A stretch of DNA of 64,000 bases, from NCBI RefSeq assembly GCF_004010195.1, contig NC_057719.1, positions 59,620,759-59,684,758 on the forward strand. The letters are read 5' to 3'. Below are positions 61,782 through 64,000 of this stretch, piece after piece. Below the pieces are notes generated by a model. That model saw only the letters and a program-made list of their open reading frames with translations. It was not told the origin of the DNA and ran no database searches. The first letter of the stretch is position 1; each line of letters starts with the position of its first letter. This DNA comes from Chiloscyllium plagiosum (taxonomy: Eukaryota). Made by a program: the position numbers and the translations under genes.

Positions 61782-62167
61782 AGGGTGAGGGATGACCTTA
61801 TAGAGGTTTATAAAATCATGAGGGGCATGGATGGGTAAATAGACAAGGACTTTTTCCTGAGGTGGGGGAGTTCAGAACTAGAGGGCATAGATGTAGAGTG
61901 AGGGGAAAGATTTAAAAGGGACCTGGGGGCAACATTTTCATGCAGTGGGTGATGCATGTATGGAATAAGCTGCCAGAGGAAATGGCGGAGGCTGGTACAA
62001 TTACATTTAAAAGGCAAATGGATGGATATATGAATAGGAAGGGTTTAGAGTGATATGGGCCAAATGCTGACAAATGGGACTAGATTAATTTAGGATATCT
62101 AGTCAGCATGGATGAGTTGGACCAAAGGGTCTGTTTCTATGCTGTACATCTTTAAGACTCTGACTAT
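61782..62167 (+). mobile_element. CR1 3' fragment
   Basis: DDLIEVYKIMRG... and the same 3'UTR as 1020-3735. Confidence 0.88.
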
Positions 62168-62346
62168 AACTACAAATTTTGATGACTTTTTAATGTTGTA
62201 GTGTTATTTGTTACTCATTGCTCTTGAGATTAATTCCACTTGGAGCATGTATCCTTGTCTGCTTTTTCCAAACATATTTTCTAACCAACCTGCTCAGTGA
62301 TGTTATTAAACACCTCTGAAACAGATGAGAATTTGAACCCAAGATG

Positions 62347-62560
62347 TAGGTTTGCTCACTGAGCTGGAAGGTTCATTTTCAGATGTTTCATCACCCTACT
62401 CGTTAACATCTTCAGTAAGCCTCCAGACAAAGCTTTGTCCGGAGGCTCACTGAAGATGTTACCTAGTAAGGTGACGAAATGTCTGAAAATGAACCTTCCA
62501 ACTCAGTGAGCAAACCTAAATTCAGAACCTCAACCTGAGCCACAAATCTTCTCAAAACTT
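62347..62560. mobile_element. 172-bp palindrome of two Penelope terminal repeats plus a 3' tail
   Basis: 62347-62432 is the reverse complement of 62433-62518 (centre GACAAAG|CTTTGTC); homologous to 28720-28830. Confidence 0.9.
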
Positions 62561-64000
62561 GCTGACCCTTCTATGAGCCCCAGAACTGCTGTCTCCTGCT
62601 CAACCATCTTCATCAGCTGAATCAATGACCCGTCTTTCATTAACAAGTCTAAGTAGGGATGTTAGTGATTGCACAATGTTCAGCTGTGTTCGGGACTCCC
62701 CAGATCTTGAAGCATCATGCAACATGACACAGATAAATTTCAGTGTGGGTTACAGCATTATAGGAAAATGTGGGGGATGGATGATGATGATGCCTGTGGA
62801 GAGTCTGAGTTATGAGCAAAATGTAGGCTAGCATCTACTTTATAATAAAGGTCTGTCATGAATTTTATAAAAGTGAGTTGTCTACTTAGCATAGATTAGA
62901 GGGCTCTGTTCCCTTTTGATTTGCCTCTAAATCTTCTGGTGCTGGTAGTCCTGGTACCTTCTCATAAAAGTAAAATGCTATGGATGCTGAAAATCTGAAA
63001 TAAAAACAAAACTATTGGAATAACTCAGCAAGTCTGATAGAGGTGGGAGAAAGTTTTACCCTGTTAATGTTTGTAGACCAGTATAACTGTTTAGAATTGC
63101 TACTGGACTCAATATTAAACTATTTCTCCACAAATGCTGCCAAACCTGCTGAATTTCTCCAGCACTCCATGATTACAGCACTAGTTCCTTCCACTCGTGA
63201 CTTTGTTTCCATTCTCAATATTTACTGATGGGCTAAAGATTATTCCTGCCACTAGGAGCCTCCAGAGGCTTTGTAAAACTATGGGATCAATAGTATTTTA
63301 ACAATACAGTAATTTGCTCCTTCAATAGGACATCTCCTTTGCTGGTGAGGTTTGTGGAAGCTGATCCAAGAAGATCTGACCTTAGGGTTCCAGAGTGTTG
63401 CCGACAGATAATTGGATGAAAAAGGAAAATCATTCTAAGAATTGAGAAAAAGATTTGACAAAGGTTTTTTTTTCTTGGGTAATGTTTAAATCTTGTTTTT
63501 TTTCTATTAAATATAAAGAGCATATGAATAGTGATTAAAATCTAGCTGGGGTTGTTACTTGGAAACAAACAGTGGGACTGGAAATGGAACTCAAGTGAGC
63601 AATTTTTCAATTCATTTGAGCATGGAGATCTGTATCATTTAGATTCAAATGTGCAGATTTTTTTTTCTTACATTAAATGGAATTGTGTATTTTTAGTTCG
63701 AGCTGTAGAGATAGGCTGATGAAGCTTATGTTGCTCACCCTAAAATCAGTACAGGGTGGGACAGTGATAGTTGTTGGGTCATCCAGAAGAATCACTAAAG
63801 AGGGAACAGATTACTTTGGTCACACGGCTGGATTTATGGAAGATGAAGTGAGCACACTGGATAAATACAGCAAGAAGCCACAGACGCAGCATGAGGAGGC
63901 TTCTGTGTCATTGATGGTGTGTATGTATTGAGCAGGAGTAGCTAATTAGCCTGTGCTGACTATCACAGCAATTAAAATGAGGAATGTAGGCAGCAGACAT

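Noticed and set aside
63677..63931. Possible exon of a neighbouring gene
   Set aside because: No protein similarity that I recognise; cannot be supported without a search

Overview
Eukaryotic genomic DNA. The repeat repertoire (HE1-like V-SINEs, CR1 LINEs, Penelope-like elements) points to a cartilaginous fish, probably a shark. The window holds one complete protein-coding gene, sorting nexin 6 (SNX6), on the + strand. I reconstructed 14 coding exons from 8299 to 58677; all introns are GT-AG, phases are consistent, and the CDS is 1221 nt (406 aa plus stop). A ~3 kb 44-bp minisatellite ends only ~80 bp before the ATG. The introns and flanks are packed with decayed retroelements: CR1, L2, Tx1-like, several Penelope-like families, SINEs, and a solo LTR nested in a Tigger-like MITE. 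Most ORF-track entries are transposon debris or repeat artefacts. The most notable observations are: (i) a size series of fold-back Penelope-derived insertions carrying hammerhead-ribozyme cores, several with TSDs, down to a 172-bp palindrome; (ii) a CpG-rich satellite that reads like an A-to-G-converted (CA/GACA)n microsatellite; (iii) a 24-nt echo of the last exon inside intron 5. Repeat boundaries are approximate and family names come from recognition, not database searches.
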